In this document: positions 13,124 through 26,389 of the stretch, piece after piece | How the letters are laid out: every line of letters starts with the position of its first letter | How positions within the stretch are numbered: the stretch's first letter is position 1 | From: Squalus acanthias | Lineage: Eukaryota | Length of the DNA stretch: 64,000 bases | Reading direction: 5' to 3' | NCBI GenBank assembly: GCA_030390025.1 | Contig: CM059432.1 | Coordinates: 18,478,001 to 18,542,000 of the forward strand | Notes under the pieces: generated by a model | Told to the model about the DNA's origin: nothing | Seen by the model: the letters and a program-made list of their open reading frames with translations, nothing else | Databases searched by the model: none | Program-made: the position numbers and the translations under genes

Positions 13124-13830
13124 ATTTTTTTTATTCGTTCATGGGATGTGGGCTTCATTGGCAAGGCCAGCATTTATTGCCCATCCCTAGTTGCCCTTGA
13201 GAAGGTGGTGGTGAGCCGCCTTCTTGAACTGCTGCAGTCCTTGTGGTGAAGGTACTCCCACAGTGCTGTTAGGGAGGGAGTTCCAGGATGTTGACCCAGC
13301 GATGATAAAAGAACGGCGATATATTTCCAAGTCAGGATGGTGTGTAACTTGGAGGGGAACCTGGAGGTGATGGTGTTCCCATGCGTCTGCTGCCCTTGTC
13401 CTTCTAGGTGGAAGAGGTCACGGGTTTGGGAGATGCTGTCGAAGAAACATTGGCGAGTTGCTGCAGTGCATCTTGTAGATAGTACACACTGCAGTCATGG
13501 TACGCCGGTGGTGGAGGGAGTGAATGTTTAAGATGGCGGATGGGGTGCCAGTCAATCAGGCTGCTTTGTCCTGGATGTCGTTGAGATTCTTGAGTGTCGT
13601 TGGAGCTGCACTCATCCAGGCAAGTGGAGAGTATCCCATCACACTCCTTACTTGTGCCTTGTAGATGATGGAAAGACTTTGGGGAGTCAGGAGGTGAGTC
13701 ACTCACTGCAGAATACCCAGGCTCTGACCTGCTCTTGTAGCCACAATATTTATGTGGCTGGTCCTGTTCATTTTCTTGTCAATACTGACCCCCAGGATGT
13801 TGATGGTGGGGGATTCAGCGATGGTAATTA
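13124..13830 (-). mobile_element. Second LINE family ('LINE-B', CR1/L2 group, poly-A tail), 3' fragment
   Basis: Matches 22485-23515 and 31613-33490; YSPLAW motif; tail GGGCAATAAATGCTGGCCTTGCC. Confidence 0.9.
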
Positions 13831-13929
13831 CCACAACGAGATGCTCCCCAGTGGTTTCAGCATTGTAGGTGGAAGGTGGCTGATGCTCAGATGGAGACTT
13901 CTAAGATGCTCATAGACAGTGACCTCTTG

Positions 13930-14030
13930 AAGATCTGTAGCATAGTGCAGTATTTAATTTGTAGATCTGTAGCATAGTTCAGTATTTAAGGTGTAGATCT
14001 GTATTATAGTGCAGTAGTTAACATATGGAT
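13930..14030. repeat. ~32-bp tandem repeat x3
   Basis: AGATCTGTAGCATAGTGCAGTATTTAA units. Confidence 0.8.
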
Positions 14031-15269
14031 CCATTCTTAAAAATTGCCATTGAATCTATAGTCGGCTATGTGTTTGTCAATTATGTTGTTGATGATTTTG
14101 GTCCCAAACTCAATAGTGGTACTCAATGGAAAATAGGAGGAAGTCCATCCATAGATATAGAAGTAATGAGCAACTAGGAATTGCAAAATCTAAAGAGGAA
14201 GAGCATAGCTGCTTCCAAAAATTAAAAGTTTAGTTTTTTGTTTAAAATTAGAGCTGTCAGGTGAATCATCCAGTTCTCATGATTGTGCAGTCGACAACCG
14301 TATTAAAGGAGCAATTAATGTATCTTTTTCAAGGTGACAGCTGTGACATTTCTCCTAGTGTAAACGAGGGAACCATTTTATGCAGGTGGGCAGATGGATG
14401 AACTGGCTTTTAGCATAAAGGTTATCCTGTCCCAATAGTTTAACCGAACATCTTCATTGGAAATGCAGGCTAAATACCTCCAGGGGATTGCAAGAGGCAA
14501 AACATCGCATAATAAAATGTATGCACAAAAAAAACCAAAACTGAGCATCAAATAAAACCATTTGGGGGCAGTTGGTTGAAGATTTTTCCTCAATAACACA
14601 TAGAATAATAAAAGATAACTAAAGCTGCAGCTGTCCCGTGCACTAACCCACTAACTTTCGAATCTGTAAGTGATAAAGTGCAAGGCAAAGGGACTATTCA
14701 AGGAACAGGCTTCCTATTTGGTTGAAATCTAGGTGAACAGCCAAGGCCCATAATGCAGGTGACCACCAAAGTTAACAACAGTCGGAGAGACGATGAGATG
14801 AATGAAGAATGAAGGAATAGTGGTTAGATGTCACGAAACTTGATTTTTAAAAACTGTAGATATTATGAGGGAGAGAAGACGAAGGATGGCCAGGAGTTCC
14901 ACAGTTTTGAGGTCCTATAGTGAAGGAAAATCTGTAACAATTTAGACACCCTTCTTCAGAAGAGTTAGGTCTCAGACTCTATGACAAATGTATTCACATT
15001 TCCAGTGTACCAGTCCTTGCATCAGATTGGTGCGACCAGGAAGAACATATCAGTGAATGTATTAGTCTTAACTGGTTCCCTTATTAGGTCCTTAGACTAT
15101 ATTAATTACAACATTTAAATGATATCTCTGCATTAAGTTTACATTTCTTTACAGAGAGAGTTGCTGGAGTGTGGAATGCTTTGTAACAGGGAGTAATTGA
15201 GGCACAGACCATTGTAGCTCTTTAGGGAAAAGTAGATAAATATTTGAAGCAGAGGAAAATATAAGATTA

Positions 15270-15730
15270 AAAGAAAGACTTGCATTTATATAGCGTCTTT
15301 CACGACCACCGGACATCTCAAAGCACTTCACAGATAATGAAGTACTTTTTGAAACGTAGTCACTGTTGTAATGTAGGAAGCGTGGCAGCCAATTTGCTCA
15401 CAGCAAGCTCCCACAGACAGCAATGTGATAATGACCAGATAATCTGTTTTAGTGATGTTGATTGAGGGATAAATATTGGCCAGGACACTGGGGATAACTC
15501 CCCTGCTCTTCTTCGAAATAGTGCCGTGGGATCTTTTACGTCCACCTGAGAGAGCGGACGGGGCCTCGGTTTAACATCTCATCCAAAAGACGGCACCTTC
15601 GACAGTGCAGCACTCCCCTGAAGTGCCACCTTAGATTTTTGTGCTCAAGTCCCTGGAGTGGTACTTGAACTCACAAACCTTCTGACTCTAGAGGCAAGTG
15701 CGCTACCTACTGAGCCACAGCTGACACTGT
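15270..15730 (-). mobile_element. tRNA-derived Deu-domain SINE (SacSINE1-like)
   Basis: A/B-box head at ~15650-15725; Deu-domain core GATGAGATGTTAAACCGAGGCCC..AGATCCCA; L2-like tail. Confidence 0.85.
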
Positions 15731-16151
15731 TAAGGAGAGAGTAGGGCAGAGGGATTAGTGTTAGATTGCTTTTGCAAAGAGCTTGCACGATAACCCAAAT
15801 AGCCACCTTCAGTGCTTTAAACTTCTATGCTTTTATGGTTCTAAGTTTGTAATTCTTAATATTTGGTATGGAAACTGTTTTTAGGTGTGTTAACTCTCTA
15901 ACCCTTTCCTTCCTCTCCCTTCTCTAGTCTCTCCAGAGTAAGAAAAGAATGAAAGAAAGACAGACTTGCATTTATATAACACCTCATCAAGTTCCTTACA
16001 AACATCTCAAAGTACTTCATACGTAGGCAAATCGAGTAATTCTTTTAAAAATTCATTTAAAAATGAACAAATCTCAATCACAGCAACCAATGCGCAAACC
16101 ACAGAAGCCTCTGATTGTGCTTATATTTGTTTATTATTCAGCATTTGGCAA

Positions 16152-16551
16152 CATGGTGTCAAGTATTGAAGGTAAAATATACTTAGTTGTAATTTGAGGA
16201 ATTAAACACCATTTGATGGAAGTTTAAATCGAACCCTGCTTAATCACCAAAGATACCACGCACACTGCCAGCACTTAAAAAGGTCATTGCCACAAAATGG
16301 ATTGGCACAAGATCGCTGCTGACAGGGCCCTGACTAGTTGGAAAAGAGAACATGGCGGGAAATTATGATGTTATATTTCCCTCCTTATTTCCATAATTGT
16401 GGCATGAAAACTCAGGGACGACATTGGATTGGATAAAAATGTATTACCATGTTTACATGCTGATAAGTAGCCTTTGAATCACAAAGCGTGAAGAGCAGCA
16501 GTGCTTAACTTCCCTCTAACAGGAAGAAACCCCCCCTGTGTTCAAAGATAA
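16152..16551 (+). repeat. Unclassified ~400-bp dispersed repeat, copy 2
   Basis: Match to 10035-10412. Confidence 0.85.
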
Positions 16552-17134
16552 GTCCAGAACAGCAACAACAACTCGGCCACAAGTTGTAGCCGAGAGTGCT
16601 AAGTTTAGAGGCATGTCGGGGTCCCCTGGGGTTGAAACAAAATGGTGCATTTTCTGAAATCATCAGGGGGTTCCAGGACATGAGCCAGGCCTGGACCCCA
16701 CAGATGGCTCCACCATTGCTGCTCTAGCCAACAAAAAAACCAGCCCATTGACGCTCCACCAGGGAAGAGATGCAGAAACTTCCAGTCTGGGAGCTGTCTC
16801 TCTCATTCATGCACCCCCCCCCCCCCCCCACTCCTTACGCTGGCGTCCTTTTTGGGGCTGGTGGAGGCTTCGCCCCAACAAGGCCCACAGGAACCTGCTG
16901 GGCAAGTCTAGGACCCAGCATGCTGGGTCCTGGCTTAATTTATGGCCCTTCGTCCAGACAGTTGTGGCAGGAATGTGTCAGAGGAATGTGGATTTTTGGC
17001 CCATGCATCTCTAATGATTAATTGCTGATAGGTTGAAGATTAGTTCCAACAGATTTATTTTCCCCAGCCAATTCAGAACCTGAACTTTGAAATGTGGCCT
17101 GATTATGTCACGAAAGCAACCAGATCAAACCTTA

Positions 17135-17235
17135 GGTGAAAGGTCATCGCCCTGAAATGTTAACTCTGTTTCTTTCACCACAGATGCTGCCTGATCTGCT
17201 GCGTGTTTCCAGCACTTTCTGTTTTTAAGTCAGAT
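17135..17235 (+). mobile_element. Penelope-like terminal fragment with degenerate hammerhead core
   Basis: GGTGAAAGGTCATCGCCCTGAAATGTTAACTCTG..CAGATGCTGCCTG; related to 43654-43770. Confidence 0.55.
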
Positions 17236-17888
17236 CAAGCCTCAGATGTATTATCTGGCCATATGAAGAGCCTCAACGAGCTGATGTGACAGCTTACTGG
17301 GGCACACTGAAATGAGTTATCTATTCAGCAGTGATCCAAGGGTTAACCAGCAAAAGCTGGTTGACTAAAATGCGCATTTAGCAAGTTATTATACAATGGA
17401 AAGAATCCCCAGTAAAAGAGTGTTTAAACATTACTGATCCGATTCATCATGAAATATGATGAATGATTTTTTTTCTGACATTGCTGTCTTGCCCTCTATG
17501 TACATTGAGCCCATTGCATTACACTGTATGACTGCAGTACTCTGAAGTAACATAGGACAAAGTTGTAATTGGAACATTTTGTTATAAAATAAATCATATT
17601 TCTTAAATGGTGACAGCCAAGTCACCTTCTGCATGGGCATAGCTAAAATCAGGGGACACAATTTATCATAACTTGCATAAACTGCAAGCAATTTTAGGTT
17701 GAAAATAATTGAAATAATTGAAGTAAATACTCAAGCTGATAACATTATAAAATTACTGTTAGTCTCCACGTTTCAATAACTTTCTATTAGCTATACCACT
17801 TGACAAGGTACTTTGATTCTAGAACTAGAAAACAGTGCTGAGCTGAATCAGATTGTAAGGTCTTCCAACAACAATAACTTATATTTAT

Positions 17889-19470
17889 GTCTTCTTAGGC
17901 AGTCCCTCGGAGCTGAGGATGACTTGCTTCCACATTAAAAATGAGTTCTCAGGTGACTGATGAGTCCAATGCGGGACCTACAGTCTCTGTCACAGGTGGG
18001 GCAGACGGTGGTTGAAGGGGCGGGTGGGTGGGGTGCTTGTGTTGACGTGCGCTGCTTGCGCTTGGCTTCCGCTTGCTCCCGGCGAAGAGACTCGAGGTGT
18101 TCGGCGCCTTCCCGGATGCTTCTCCTCCACTTTGTGCGGTCTTCGGCCAGGGATTCCCAGGTGTCAGTGGGGATGTTGCACTTTTTCAAGGAGGCTTTGA
18201 GGGTGCCCTTGAAGCGTTTCCTCTGCCCACCTGGGGCTCTCTTGCCGTGTCGGAGCTCCGAGTAGAGCGCTTATTTGGGAGTCTCGTATCGGGCATGCGG
18301 ACGATGTGACCCGTCCATCGGAGCTGATCGAGCGTGGTCAAAGCTTCGATGCTGGGGATGTTGGCCTGAGCAAGAACACTGACGTTGGTGCGCCTATCCT
18401 GCTAATGGATTTGCAGGATCTTGCGGAGACAGCGTTGGTGGTACCTCTCCAGTGCTTTGAGGTGTCTGCTGTACATGGTCCATGTCTCTGAGGCATACAG
18501 CAGGGCGGGTATCACTGCTGCTCTGTAGACCATGAGCTTAGTGCCGGGTTTGAGGTCCTGGTGTTCAAACACTCTCTTCCTCAGGCGACCAAAGGCTGCA
18601 CTGGCACACTGAAGGCGGTGTTGGACTTTGTCATCGACGTCTGCCCTTGTTGACAGTAGGCTTCAGAGGTATGGAAAGTGGTCCACATTGCCCAAGGCCT
18701 TGTCGTGGATTTTGATAATCGGGGGCCGTACTGTGTGGCGGGGGCAGGTTGGTAGAGGACCTTTGTCTTACGGATGTTTAGTGTAAGGCCCATGCTCTCG
18801 TACGCTTCGGTGAAGGTGTTGACGATGGTTTGGAGTTCGACCTCTGAGTGAGCGCAGACACAAGCGTCGTCTGAATACTGTAATTCGACGACAGAGGATG
18901 GGATGACCTTAGATCTGGACAGGAGGCGACGGAGGTTGAACAGTTTCCCGTTTGTTCTGTAAATTAGCTCCACTCCAGTAGGGAGCTTACTGAGAGTGAG
19001 ATGGAGCATTGCAGCAAGGAAGATCGAGAAGAGCGTTGGTGCGATGACACAGCCCTACTTGACCCCGGTCCGTACTGTGAATTGGGTCTGTGGTGGAACC
19101 GTTGGTCAGGATCACGGCTTGCATGTCATCGTGAAGCAGGCGGAGGATGGTGACAAACTTTTGAGGGCAGCCGAACTTGAGGAGGACATTCCATAATCCC
19201 TTACGGTTGATAGTGTTGAAGGCCTTTGTGAGATCAAAGAAGGCCATGTACAGCGGTTGGTGCTGTTCCCTGCATTTCTCTTGTAATTGACGCGCGGTGA
19301 AGATCATGTCCATTGTGCCCCTTAGTGGGCGGAATCCGCATTGCGACTCTGGGAGGTGCTCTTCGGCCACTGGGAGAAGGCGATTGAGGAGGATTCTTGC
19401 GATGACTTTCCCTGTGGCAGACAGCAGGGAAACTCCTCTGTAATTACCGCAATCGGACTTGTCACCTTAC
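17889..19470 (-). mobile_element. RTE-clade LINE, 5'-truncated
   Basis: LPESQCGFR..MDMIFTARQLQEKCREQ..FFDLTKAF, LQYSDD, and C-terminal CPTCDR..GLISHLRTH zinc finger. Confidence 0.92.
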
Positions 19471-19534
19471 GAGTGCTGGCGAGTGGTCTCTGAGCCACCC
19501 ATTCATTGCCTGTCAGTAGCTGCCTCTTTTTGTA

Positions 19535-19850
19535 TTTATAACTTGTATTTATATAGCGCCTTTAATGTAGTAAAATGTCCCAAGGCGCTTCACAGCAGTG
19601 TTATAAGACAAAAAAATTGTCACCGAGCCACATAAGGAGAAATTAGGACAGGTGACCAAAAGTTTGGTCAAAGAGGTAGGTTTTAAGGAGCGTCTTGAAG
19701 GAGGAAAGAGAGATAGAGAGGCGGCGAGGTTTAGGCCGGGAATTCCAGAGCTTAGGGCCTAGGCAACAGAAGGCACGGCCACCAATGGTTGAGCGATTAT
19801 AATCAGGGATGCTCAAGAGGACAGAATTAGAGAAGCACAGATATCTCCAA
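19535..19850 (-). mobile_element. L2-type LINE 3' end fragment
   Basis: rc reads GGTGGCCGTGCCTTC..CTCTGGAATTCCC..AAAGGCGCTATATAAATACAAG; same family as 36910-37161. Confidence 0.75.
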
Positions 19851-19868
19851 TAAGATGACTTTTTTTGT

Positions 19869-20526
19869 GGGGCTGGATATTAACCGGGGCGTGTTTTGAG
19901 TGGGCAGGGGGCATGGCAAGGGTTAACCCCACCCTCCAACATCATCAATTTGAGGCCAGGCTATTTTAACGCTCGGGCCTCATTTACTACCCATCGGCCA
20001 GCTCCCTGCTCGAAATGATCAAAAAGAGGCAGCTGCTCGGCTGCTGACAGGCGATGAATGGCTGGCTCAGAGACCACTCGCCAGCACTCATGTAAGTCGC
20101 GAGAGAGAGGGGCGGGCGAGGGGGTTTCCGGCAGGGTCTCGTGGATGGGAAGGTGGGGAGCCCGGGGCAGCAAAGGCCCAGACTTACCTTGTGGGGCCTG
20201 GAGGAACACCCCTGCTACTCCCGGTCTCACAAAGATAAGATTAAAACCCACGTCTTAAGGCTGCCACTTCTTCCCCGACAGGCTTTACTCAGAGTCCTGG
20301 ACAGTTGGCGGTTAAAATGCCTTTGGAGTAATAATGACATCAGAGGACTCCGATTTGCATGTATTAATGAGGCTCCCACCTGAGTCAGGGAAGCACCTTG
20401 GTCACCTAAAAAAAAGGGCCCAGTTGAAGGAACGTCCAACGGGATCGGGGCAGTCTGTTTCCGGAGGCGATTTTAACTGTTTGTCAGCCCCGTTCCCGCT
20501 GGCTGGCGGGGGATAAAACCACCCCC
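19869..20526. mobile_element. Harbinger-type MITE
   Basis: Imperfect TIRs GGGGCTGGATATTAACC / rc GGGGGTGGTTTTATCC; GC-rich body. Confidence 0.55.
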
Positions 20527-20659
20527 TTTCTGTTTAAAATAGAAAGAAAAAGTGAACTGAATGTTGCAGTGGGTTAGACACTTTAACCCCTGTGAGTTCG
20601 TGCCAATTTCTACACAAGCAGATGGAATGGCTGCCTCCTGGCTGTAAGAGTTCTATTAT

Positions 20660-22135
20660 GAAACATAGAAACATAGAAAAATAGGAGCAGGAGTAGGCCA
20701 TTCGGCCCTTCGAGCCTGCTCCGCCATTCAATATGATCATGGCTGATCCTCTATCTCAATACCATATTCCCGCTCTCTCCCCATACCCCTTGATGCCTTT
20801 TGTGTCTAGAAATCTATCTATCTCCTTCTTAAATATATTCAGTGACTTGGCCTCCACAGCCTTCTGTGGTAGAGAATTCCACAGGTTCACCACCCACTGA
20901 GTGAAGAAATTTCTCCTCATCTCAGTCCTAAATGTCCTGCCCCGTATCCTGAGACTGTGACCCCTCGTTCTAGACCCCCCAGCCAGGGGAAACATCCTCC
21001 CTGCATCTACCCTGTCAAGCCCTGTCAGAATTTTATACGTTTCAATGAGTTCCCCTCTCATTCTTCTAAACTCTAGTGAATACAGGCCTAGTCGACCCAA
21101 TCTCTCCTCATACAACAGTCCTGCCATCCCAGGAATCAGTCTGGTGAACCTTCGTTGCACTCCCTCTATGGCAAGTATATCCTTTCTTAGGTAAAGAGAC
21201 CAAAACTGCACACAGTACTCCAGGTGTGGTCTGTATAACTGTAGTAAGACATCCTTGCTCCTGTACTCAAATCCTCTTGCAATGAAGGCCAACATACCAT
21301 TTGCCTTCCTAACTGCTGCTGCTCCTGCATGTTTGCTTTCAGTGACTGGTGTACAAGGACACCCAGGTCCCTTTGTACATCAACATTTCCCAATCTATCA
21401 CCATTTAAATAATACTCTACCTTTCTGTTTTTCCTACCGAAGTGGGTAACTTCACATTTATCCACGTTATACTGCATCTGCCATGTATTTGCCCAGTCAC
21501 TCAACTTGTCTAAATCACCTTGAAGCCTCTTTGTATCCTCCTCACAACTCACAGTCCCACTTAGTTTCGTGTCGTCAGCAAACTTGGAAATATTACATTT
21601 GGTTCTCTCATCCAAATCATTGATATGTATTGTGAATAGCTGGGGCCCAAGCACTGATCCCTGCGGTGCCCCACTAGTCACCGCCTGCCACCCCGAAAAG
21701 GACCCATTTATTCCTACTCTCTGCTTCCTGTCTAAAACCAATTTTCAATCCATGCCAGTATATTACCCCCAATCCCATGTGCTTTAATTTTGCACACTCT
21801 TATGTGGGACTTTATCAAAGGCCTTCTGAAAATCCAAATACACCACATCCACTGGTTCTCCCTTATCTATTCTACCAGTTACATCCTCAAAAAACTCCAG
21901 CAGGTTTGTCAAACACGATTTCCCTTTCATAAATCCTTGTTGACTTTGTCTAATCCCGTCCTGTTATCACATCCTTTATAATAGACTCTAGCATTTTCCC
22001 TACTACTGATGTTAGGCTAACCGGTCTGTATTTCCTTGTTTTCTCTCTCCCTCCTTTTTTAAATAATGTGGTTACATTTGCCACCCTCCAATCTGCAGGA
22101 ACTGTTCCATAATCTATAGAATTTTGGAAGATGAG
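20660..22135 (-). mobile_element. CR1 (HER1-like) LINE, decayed with internal deletions
   Basis: RT C-terminal ORFs 20756-21295 and 21187-21741; HER1-type tail. Confidence 0.95.
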
Positions 22136-22484
22136 TTTGGGCAGTATCCTAGTGAGTATGAATGGGCACACTGCAAATATAGGGGCCTTAATTGGCACTA
22201 CATTGGCAATCTCGCTCAGTAATAAACAGATTAAAATAGGAATATAATACAAATGTGCCCATTACTAATATTGCTCAATGCAGTGTCAAGGTATTGGTCT
22301 CCAAAATGCTAAATGTTCCATTTCTCAGCTCTAAGATTGCTCACCCTTCCTCATGAGTTTTGCAAATTTTATTGCCACTTGCTACCAAGGTTCCCACCGG
22401 GAACTGCATTGAGACCGAAGAAACTTAAGTCATATAGGGCACTCACGGCCAGCAGACAGAGGAGGATTTCATTACATCAACATT

Positions 22485-23515
22485 ACACAAAGGTTGTGGT
22501 TGTTGGAGGCCTATCATCTCAGCCCCAGGGTAGCACTGCCAGAGTTCCTCAGGGCAGTGTCCTAAGACCAACCATCTTCAGCTGCTTCATCAATGACCTT
22601 TCCTCCATCATAAGGTCAGAAGTGGGGATGTTTGCTGATGATTGCACAGTGTTGAGTTCCATTCGTAACTCCTCAGATAATGAAGCAGCCAATGCCTGCA
22701 TGCAGCAAGACCTGGACAATATTCAGGCTTGGGCTGATAAATGGCAGGTAACATTTGCACCACATAAATGCCAGGCAATGACCATGTCCAACAAGATAGA
22801 GACATCCCCTTGGCATACAGTGGCATCGCCAAATCTCCCACCATCAACATCCTGGGGGTCACCATTGACCAGAAACTTAACTGGACCAGCCACATAAATA
22901 CTGTGGCTGCAAGAGCAGGTCAGAGGCTGGGTATTCTGCGGCGAATGTCTCACCTCCTGACTCCCCAAAGCCTTTCCACCATCTACAAGGCACAAATGAG
23001 GAGTGTGATGGAATACTCTCCACTTGCCTGGATGAGTGCAATTCCGACAACACTCAAGAAGCTCGACACCATCCAGGACAAAGCAGCCCGCTTGATTGGC
23101 ACCCCATCCACCACTTTAAACATTCACTCACTTCATCACCGGCGCACCGTGACTACAGAGTGTACCATCTACAAGATGCTTTGCAGCAACTCACCAAGGC
23201 TTCTTCGACAGCACCTCCCAAACCCGCGACCTCTACCACCTAGAAGGACAAGGGCAGCAGGCACATGGGAACACCACCATATACAAGTTCCCCTCCAAGT
23301 CACACACCATCCTGACTTGGAAATATATCGCCATTCCTTCATTGTCCCTGGGTCAAAATCCTGGAACTCCCTCCCTAACAGCACTGTGAGAATACCTTCA
23401 CCTCACAGTGGTTCAAGAAGGCAGCTCACCTCCACCTTCTCAAGGGCAATTAGGGATGGGCAATAAATGCCGGCCTTGCCAGCGATGTACGCATCCCAGG
23501 AACACATAAAAAAAC
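22485..23515 (+). mobile_element. LINE-B, 5'-truncated
   Basis: VPQGSVL, MFADD, YSPLAW motifs; A-rich tail. Confidence 0.92.
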
Positions 23516-24302
23516 AGTGGCTGGATTTCAACCCAGGTTCCAGTGGAAAGTCAAGAGTCAGTGCCTAACACCGAACGGCCCTGAAAGAGATCTTTTATAC
23601 AACAAACTGCATTGTTCACCAACGAAACAGTCTGACAGAAACAATTTGTAACGATATATTTTTGTTCCATATATGGGGTATAACAGAAACTGCTTGACTC
23701 AAAAAAAAACAAGTGAATCCTGGTACCTTCTGCAAACAGATGAGAAATGTCTTTAAATGACTGTTCTTGCACAAGGCAGGAGATGGGTCACCTTACGTTA
23801 TTCAAAAGTAACAAAAGTGTAAAGAATGAAGTGCACGCTCTTATCAGACTGGATTTTGATGCAGTAAATCAGTACTTCCCAGGAGGAAAGTTATGGCTGA
23901 CAATTCTTTTTTCCTTACCATCCTCTATGTTGTTTCTCTAGTGATATTGTGACCTCTGAACTTAGTTCTTTGCTCACAAATGCCCCCTGCCCAGGTTTAT
24001 TTAATTTTCCTCGTTGCTTTGTGGGATGTATGTCAGCATTATGTGCTGAACCTCACCCATGCTAAGCCCACAGGGAGACTTAGAAAGGGACAGCAGATTC
24101 ATCACTTTCAAAGTCGAGACGGTGTGGAAAGGCAATTAAAAAAGCAGATAGAACGCTAGGGTACCGATCAGGAACAGTGGATTAGAGGGTACATTTCTGA
24201 AGATATGGACGCTTCCCACCTGCACCCCCCTCACCCCCCACTTTGCTCACCCAATCTGCACCTGAAACATAAATCGATCCCATAGCATTTTACACTACAA
24301 AC

Positions 24303-24737
24303 GGGCAACACGGTGGCATAGTGGTTAGCACTGGTGCCTCACAGCGCCAGGGACCTGGGTTCGAATCTGACCTCGGGTGACTGTCTGTGTGGAGTTTGCA
24401 CAATCTCCCCGTGTCTGCGTGGGTTTCCTCCGGGTGCTCCGGTTTCCTCCCACAGTCCAAAAATGTGCAGGTTAGGTTGATTTGGCTATGATAAATTGAC
24501 CCTTAGTGTTAGGAGGGGATTAAATATGTGGGGTTATGGGGATAGGATGGGATATGTTAGGGGGAATTAAATACGTGGGGTTACGGGGGTAGGGTGGGAT
24601 ATGTGTACTGTGGGGATTAAAGCAGGGACAGGGTACTGGATTTGGATGATCAGCCATGATCGTATTGAATGGTGGAGCAGGCTCGACGGGCCGAATGGCC
24701 TACTCCTGCTCCTAGATTCTATGTTTCTATGTTTCTA
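24303..24737 (+). mobile_element. HE1-type V-SINE
   Basis: tRNA head (TGGCATAGTGG, GGTTCGAATC); V-domain TGTGTGGAGTTTGCA..GTGGGTTTCCTCCGGGTGCTCCGGTTTCCTCCCAC; 3' tail shared with the CR1/HER1 copies in this window. Confidence 0.9.
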
Positions 24738-26389
24738 AAAGGAGGCAGCTGGGGGTGCTATAATTGAACTCGGCCCCACTGGCTGTGGAGACAACCCTTG
24801 TGGCCATTAGGTGAATTCAGCATTAGCCTTGCTACCAACAGTAAGTAGGCTACGTATACTCGCTGCCTGTACTCAAACATAAATAATGACCAAATCAAAT
24901 GAGGTTCTGGAGGGCTGCCAGTACCATGGGACTTTATTCACTTCTCCCAATGTTAAAGGCCTGTGTATCTGAACTTGTAAGCTTTGCTGCTCTGCTTTAT
25001 ATGTCTTGGGACCATCTCAGGCATTTAGCCGCTGCACCATCAGGAGTATCAAGTTAATTGAGAAGGACTCACTTGTTGCCAGCCAGACTACTGAAGTAAT
25101 ATGTATCTGTCACATTACAGATTAACATCGGAACCCATACAAATCATTTCTACAGTAAACTGCCATATTCTAAATAGCCTGACATGTAGAACAAGTTATA
25201 ATTATTATTTTGTTATTTACCAGTTCAGTGAGTTGTGTCGTTACAAAAAAAGGTAATGTTTCTGTGAGTAAGATGATAATATGATGTGGTTGCATACATT
25301 AACTGGAAGCAGTATGAGTGATTGAACTGGATTAACTGAAATGTTTCCCCCCCCACAAATAGTCATATTATAATCAATATTAGCCTCCCCACTCGGAATA
25401 ATTTTCCGTCTACCCTGTTACTTCATGAATTCCCTTTGTTAATATTCACAGAGAGATAAAAAAAATGGCAGCTGGTCCTGATCAGTCCAGGTGACACTGT
25501 CACTCCCCACATCTCAATTTGCTGCTTCTCCCCCGGACCAACATTAACACACACCTGTTCATACTTCGTTCATCTCTCTGGTGCACAAGGAATGATAAAG
25601 AGACACGCAAGTTAATAAAATAAATGACAAGATTACTCAGTCATTTTATGAGGACCTTTCGAGGGCATTATTTTATCTAGGATAGGAGTAATATGCAGAT
25701 TATCATCAGCTGTGGGGACGGTGGAATCTGCAATGTGAAAGATAAGAAGTGGAGAAATGGAAGATTTCAAACACTATAGAGATTCAAGGAAGGCACTTCA
25801 ATTGGTCAACTATTAAATTCGGCAGGACCTCCAGGTTTGCCGTCCGCCAATCCTACCCCCCGCCCCCCGCTCTCTGCACGCCTCGGAGTTATTATCAGGG
25901 CCCATGATTCACTTCAGGAAAGTGCAGGCTTAAAGAAAGAAGGTTCCAAGGACAGAGGAGGACATTGATCTTGGGAGGAGGATAGACAAAACTATAGATC
26001 GATCAAATGTACCAAATTAGAGGTTAAAGATTAGTCTAGTGATATTTTACTGCTATAATCAAGGTGACTGGTGTATGTTGATTGAATAAGACAAGTACTG
26101 TATTTATTATGAGATTCTGGTACAATTCATGCCATGAGGTACAAACAGCACTCAATTCTCCAGTGTAAACACATTTGCAAAGTAAGTCACAGTACCAGCA
26201 ACTGACTCAAATGGGTCTAAGGATGATACGAGTGGTGGGAGAGGAAAATTGCAAGTAAGTAAAATTTAGAGATGGGAAAAATTAAAGCAGAGGGTGGGGG
26301 GTGTCACAATAGAGGACAAAAATTGGAGAACCTTAAAGGAGATTTCAAGCCATCAGCAGTCTTTGCCAAGGCCCCATAAGGACTGGGGA

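Noticed and set aside
24303..24380. tRNA genes here and at ~15700, 27440, 38890, 61280 and 63000
   Set aside because: The A/B boxes are heads of SINE or LINE elements followed by repeat bodies, not stand-alone tRNAs.
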